DNA of 64,000 bases from Candidatus Latescibacterota bacterium (GTDB lineage: Bacteria > Latescibacterota > UBA2968): NCBI GenBank assembly GCA_965207885.1, contig OZ242311.1, positions 6,164,722 through 6,228,721 of the forward strand, in the 5' to 3' direction. The notes beneath the pieces are model-generated. The model did no database searches. It saw only the letters and a list, made by a program, of their open reading frames with translations, and was not told the origin of the DNA. Shown here piece after piece: positions 55,801 to 61,800 of the stretch. The translations under genes and the position numbers were made by a program. The first letter of the stretch is position 1, and each line of letters begins with the position of its first letter.

Positions 55801-58800
55801 GGTTACAGTAACAGGAGTAGATAATAATGTAGATGATGGAGCCAGTCGTAGTGCGACGATTGAACACACGGTCAGTGGAGCGGACTATGCATCTGTAGAT
55901 GCTTCAGATGTGGATGTGACTGTGACCGATGACGATGCAGCCCCTACCTTCTCTATTGCAGATGTGAGTGTCACCGAAGGCAGTGCTGCCACGTTCACCG
56001 TGACCCGGAGTGGTGCGACAGGTACGACGGTCTCTGTCAAATGGAACACTGCCAATGATGGTGATGGTGATGATCCAGCAGAGGCCAATGACTACACAGC
56101 ACAAACAACGAAACAGACATTGAACTTTGGTGTGGGTATAACGAGTCTAACGTTTAATGTTCAGACAACTGCGGATTCTGTGGATGAGGATGATGAGACG
56201 TTCCTTGTGCAATTAAGCGAGGCCACTGGTGCGACCATCACCACAGCGACAGCGACTGGCACTATTACCGATAATGATACAAAAGGTGTGACGGTAGATC
56301 CTACAAGTCTGACCGTAACAGAAGCGGCAGGCAATACACGCACGGCAACTTATACGGTGGTGCTGACTTCGCAACCTACTGGCAATGTAACAGTAGAAGT
56401 CGCCAGCGACGATACAGATATAGCGACGGTGGATGAGTCCCGTTTGACCTTCTCGACAAGCAACTGGAGCACGGCGCAGACGGTTACAGTAACAGGAGTA
56501 GATAATAATGTAGATGATGGAGCCAGTCGTAGTGCAACGATTGACCACGAGGTCAGTGGAGCGGACTATGCATCTGTGGAGGCTTCAGATGTAGATGTGA
56601 CTGTAACCGATGACGATGCAGCCCCTACCTTCTCTATTGCAGATGTGAGTGTCACCGAAGGCAGTGCTGCCACGTTCACCGTGACCCGGAGTGGTGCGAC
56701 AGGTACGACGGTCTCTGTCAAATGGAACACCGCCAATGATGCCAGTGGCACAGACCCAGCAGAAGCCAATGACTACACAGCACAAACAACGAAGCAGACA
56801 TTGAACTTTGCGATAGGCGATGCTATTAAGACCTTCACGGTTGCCACGACGAATGATGCAGTGGATGAAGGTGATGAAACGTTTCTTGTCCAACTGAGCG
56901 AGGCCACTGGTGCAACCATCTCCGATGCAGAGGCCGTGGGAACCATTACGGATAATGATACAAAAGGTGTGACGGTAGCTCCTACGAGTCTGACCGTGAC
57001 AGAAGCAGCAGGCAGTACACGCACGGCGACTTATACAGTGGTGCTGACCTCACAGCCGACGGGCAGTGTGACTGTGGCAGTAGAAAGTGATGACACAGAT
57101 GCAGCAACGGTGGATGAATCAACATTGACCTTCTCGACAAGCACCTGGAGCACAGCACAGACGGTTACAGTGACGGGAGTGGATAATAATGTAGATGATG
57201 GAGCCAGTCGTAGTGCGACGATTGAACACACGGTCAGTGGAGCGGACTATGCATCTGTAGATGCTTCAGATGTAGATGTGACTGTAACCGATGACGATGC
57301 AGCCCCTACCTTCTCTATTGCAGATGTGAGTGTCACCGAAGGCAGTGCTGCCACGTTCACCGTGACCCGGAGTGGTGCGACAGGTACGACGGTCTCTGTC
57401 AAATGGAACACTGCCAATGATGGTGATGGTGATGATCCAGCAGAGGCCAATGACTACACAGCACAAACAACGAAGCAGACATTGAACTTTGCGATAGGCG
57501 ATGCTATTAAGACCTTCACGGTTGCCACGACGAATGATGCAGTGGATGAAGGTGATGAAACGTTTCTTGTCCAACTGAGCGAGGCCACTGGTGCAACCAT
57601 CTCCGATGCAGAGGCCGTGGGAACCATTACGGATAATGATACAAAAGGTGTGACGGTAGCTCCTACGAGTCTGACCGTGACAGAAGCAGCAGGCAGTACA
57701 CGCACGGCGACTTATACAGTGGTGCTGACCTCACAGCCGACGGGCAGTGTGACTGTGGCAGTAGAAAGTGATGACACAGATGCAGCAACGGTGGATGAAT
57801 CAACATTGACCTTCTCGACAAGCACCTGGAGCACAGCACAGACGGTTACAGTGACGGGAGTGGATAATAATGTAGATGATGGAGCCAGTCGTAGTGCGAC
57901 GATTGAACACACGGTCAGTGGAGCGGACTATGCATCTGTAGATGCTTCAGATGTAGATGTGACTGTAACCGATGACGATGCAGCCCCTACCTTCTCTATT
58001 GCAGATGTGAGTGTCACCGAAGGCAGTGCTGCCACGTTCACCGTGACCCGGAGTGGTGCGACAGGTACGACGGTCTCTGTCAAATGGAACACTGCCAATG
58101 ATGGTGATGGTGATGATCCAGCAGAGGCCAATGACTACACAGCACAAACAACGAAACAGACATTGAACTTTGGTGTGGGTATAACGAGTCAGACATTTAA
58201 TGTTCAGACAACGAATGATGCAGTGGATGAAGGTGATGAAACGTTTCTTGTCCAACTGAGCGAGGCCAGCGGTGCGACCATCACAGACGCAGAGGCCGTA
58301 GGAACCATTACGGATGATGACACAAAAGGTGTGACGGTAGATCCTACAAGTCTGACCGTGACGGAAGCGGCAGGCACCACACGCACGGCAACCTATACGG
58401 TGGTGCTGACCTCACAGCCGACGGGCAGTGTGACTGTGGCAGTAGAAAGTGATGACACAGATGCAGCAACGGTGGATGAATCAACATTGACCTTCTCGAC
58501 AAGCACCTGGAGCACAGCACAGACGGTTACAGTGACGGGAGTGGATAATAATGTAGATGATGGAGCCAGTCGTAGTGCGACGATTGAAAATGAGGTCAGT
58601 GGTGCAGATTATGCATCTGTGGAGGCTTCAGATGTGACTGTGACTGTGACTGATGATGATACGGCTCCCGCGTTTTCAATAGGTGATGTGAGTGTCACCG
58701 AAGGCAGTGCTGCCACGTTCACCGTGACCCGGAGTGGTGCTCTTGGCAGTGTTGCATCCGTGAAGTGGAACACTGCCAATGATGCAAGTGGCACAGACCC

Positions 58801-61800
58801 AGCAGAAGCCAATGACTACACAGCACAAACAACGAAGCAGACATTGAACTTTGCGATAGGCGATGCTATTAAGACCTTCACGGTTGCCACGACGAATGAT
58901 GCAGTGGATGAAGGTGATGAAACGTTTCTTGTCCAACTGAGCGAGGCCAGCGGTGCGACCATCACAGACGCAGAGGCCGTAGGAACCATTACGGATGATG
59001 ACACAAAAGGTGTGACGGTAGATCCTACAAGTCTGACCGTGACGGAAGCGGCAGGCACCACACGCACGGCAACCTATACGGTGGTGCTGACCTCACAGCC
59101 GACGGGCAGTGTGACTGTGGCAGTAGAAAGTGATGACACAGATGCAGCAACGGTGGATGAATCAACATTGACCTTCTCGACAAGCACCTGGAGCACAGCA
59201 CAGACGGTTACAGTGACGGGAGTGGATAATAATGTAGATGATGGAGCCAGTCGTAGTGCGACGATTGAAAATGAGGTCAGTGGTGCAGATTATGCATCTG
59301 TGGAGGCTTCAGATGTGACTGTGACTGTGACTGATGATGATACGGCTCCCGCGTTTTCAATAGGTGATGTGAGTGTCACCGAAGGCAGTGCTGCCACGTT
59401 CACCGTGACCCGGAGTGGTGCTCTTGGCAGTGTTGCATCCGTGAAGTGGAACACTGCCAATGATGCAAGTGGCACAGACCCAGCAGAAGCCAATGACTAC
59501 ACAGCACAGACGAGCAAGCAGACATTGAGCTTTGGTGCGAATGATGCTATTAAGACCTTCACGGTTGCCACGACGAATGATGCAGTGGATGAAGGTGATG
59601 AAACGTTTCTTGTCCAACTGAGCGAGGCCACTGGTGCAACCATCTCCGATGCAGAGGCCGTGGGAACCATTACGGATAATGATACAAAAGGTGTGACGGT
59701 AGCTCCTACGAGTCTGACCGTGACAGAAGCAGCAGGCAGTACACGCACGGCGACTTATACAGTGGTGCTGACTTCGCAACCTACTGGCAGTGTAACAGTA
59801 GAAGTAGAAAGTGATGACACAGACGTAGCGACGGTGGATGAGTCCCGTTTGACCTTCTCGACAAGCACCTGGAGCACAGCACAGACGGTTACAGTAACAG
59901 GTGTGGACAATCAGCTTGATGACGGCACAAGTCGCAGTGCAACGATTGACCACGAGGTCAGTGGAGCGGACTATGCATCTGTGGAGGCTTCAGATGTGGA
60001 TGTGACTGTGACCGATGATGATACGGCTCCCGCGTTTTCGATAGGTGATGTGAGTGTCACCGAAGGCAGTGTAGCCACGTTCACCGTGACCCGTTCAGGT
60101 GCTCTTGGCAGTGTTGCATCCGTGAAGTGGAACACTGCCAATGATGCAAGTGGCACAGACCCGGCAGAAGCCAATGACTACACAGCACAGACGAGCAAGC
60201 AGACATTGAGCTTTGGTGCGAATGATGCGATTAAGACCTTCACGGTTGCCACGACGAATGATGCTGTAGATGAAGGTGATGAGACCTTCCTTGTCCAACT
60301 GAGTGAGGCCACTGGTGCAACCATCTCCGATGCAGAGGCCGTGGGAACCATTACGGATAATGATACAAAAGGAGTGACGGTAGCTCCTACGAGTCTGACC
60401 GTGACAGAAGCAGCAGGCAGTACACGCACGGCGACTTATACAGTGGTGCTGACCTCACAGCCGACGGGCAGTGTGACAGTAGAAGTCGCCAGCGATGACA
60501 CAGATATAGCGACGGTGGATGAGTCCCGTTTGACCTTTTCGACAAGCACCTGGAGCACGGCGCAGACAGTGACCGTGACAGGTGTAGATAATCAGCTTGA
60601 TGATGGAGCCAGTCGCAGTGCGACGATTGAACACGCGGTCAGTGGAGCGGACTATGCAGGTGTAGATGCTTCAGATGTAGATGTGACTGTAACCGATGAC
60701 GATGCAGAACCTTCCTTTACGATAATTGAACCCATGCCAGTGGTCTCGATATTCCCTACAAGCCAGATAGAATCTGTGGGTACGATTGTGTTCTCAGTGC
60801 AATTGAGTAGAACGAGCCAGCAGATAATAAAAATGTTTTGCATGAGTGTAGATGAGACAGCAGTAGCTGGCGAGGACTACGAGGCAGAGATAGACACGCT
60901 GAAGATCTCTCCAAACACGATGTCTGAAGAGATTGAGATGCGACTGTTTGACGACGATGAAGTGGAGGGGGATGAGACCTTCAAGATGGTGCTGAGCGAT
61001 TTGGCGAATGCCCAGTTTGCAGGGAATGCACAGAAAATTTCTACACAGGCAACGATAATAGATGACGATGAGCCTGATGTGATGGTTTCGTTTTACCAGT
61101 CGCATTATACTATCTCAGAAGGTGGCAAGGCAGTGCAAATACGTGTGGAGATATCTTCTGGCCTTGAAGATCGCGTGGAACTTCCGTTGTCGGTAGTACA
61201 TCGCAATGGTGCGACAAAAGCGGACTATTCGGGCGTACCTGAAAAAATTGTCTTTGAGACATGGGATGATTTCAAGACATTTGAGGTTATGGCAATTGAT
61301 GATGACGATGACGATGACGATGAGGCCGTGATACTGGACTTTGACACGCCGCTACCAGATGGAATATCTACAGGCGGTTCCACTACCATAGAGATTATCG
61401 ACAATGACGACCCCCTTGTGACTGTTTTTTATGGAAAAGAAAACTATGAAATCGTCGAAGGTGGCACCAAAAAGTTACTGAGTGTACATTTGAGTGCAGC
61501 CCCTCTGCGCCGCGTAGAAATACCTCTGTTGGCGGTACCTGCCAATGGTGCGACACAGGCAGACTATTCACCTATACCTGAGCGCATCATTTTTATGCCT
61601 AACCAGATCGAAAGAACGTTTGTGGTCAGTGCGATTGATGATGATGACGACGATGATGGTGAGACCGTGAGTCTGGGCTTTGGTCCACTACCAGATCGGG
61701 TGAATGAGGGCAGTTTATCTACTTTACATATCATCGATAATGACAATCCTGAGGTGACGGTCTCTTATGGGCAAGAAAATTATGAGATCATCGAAGGTGG

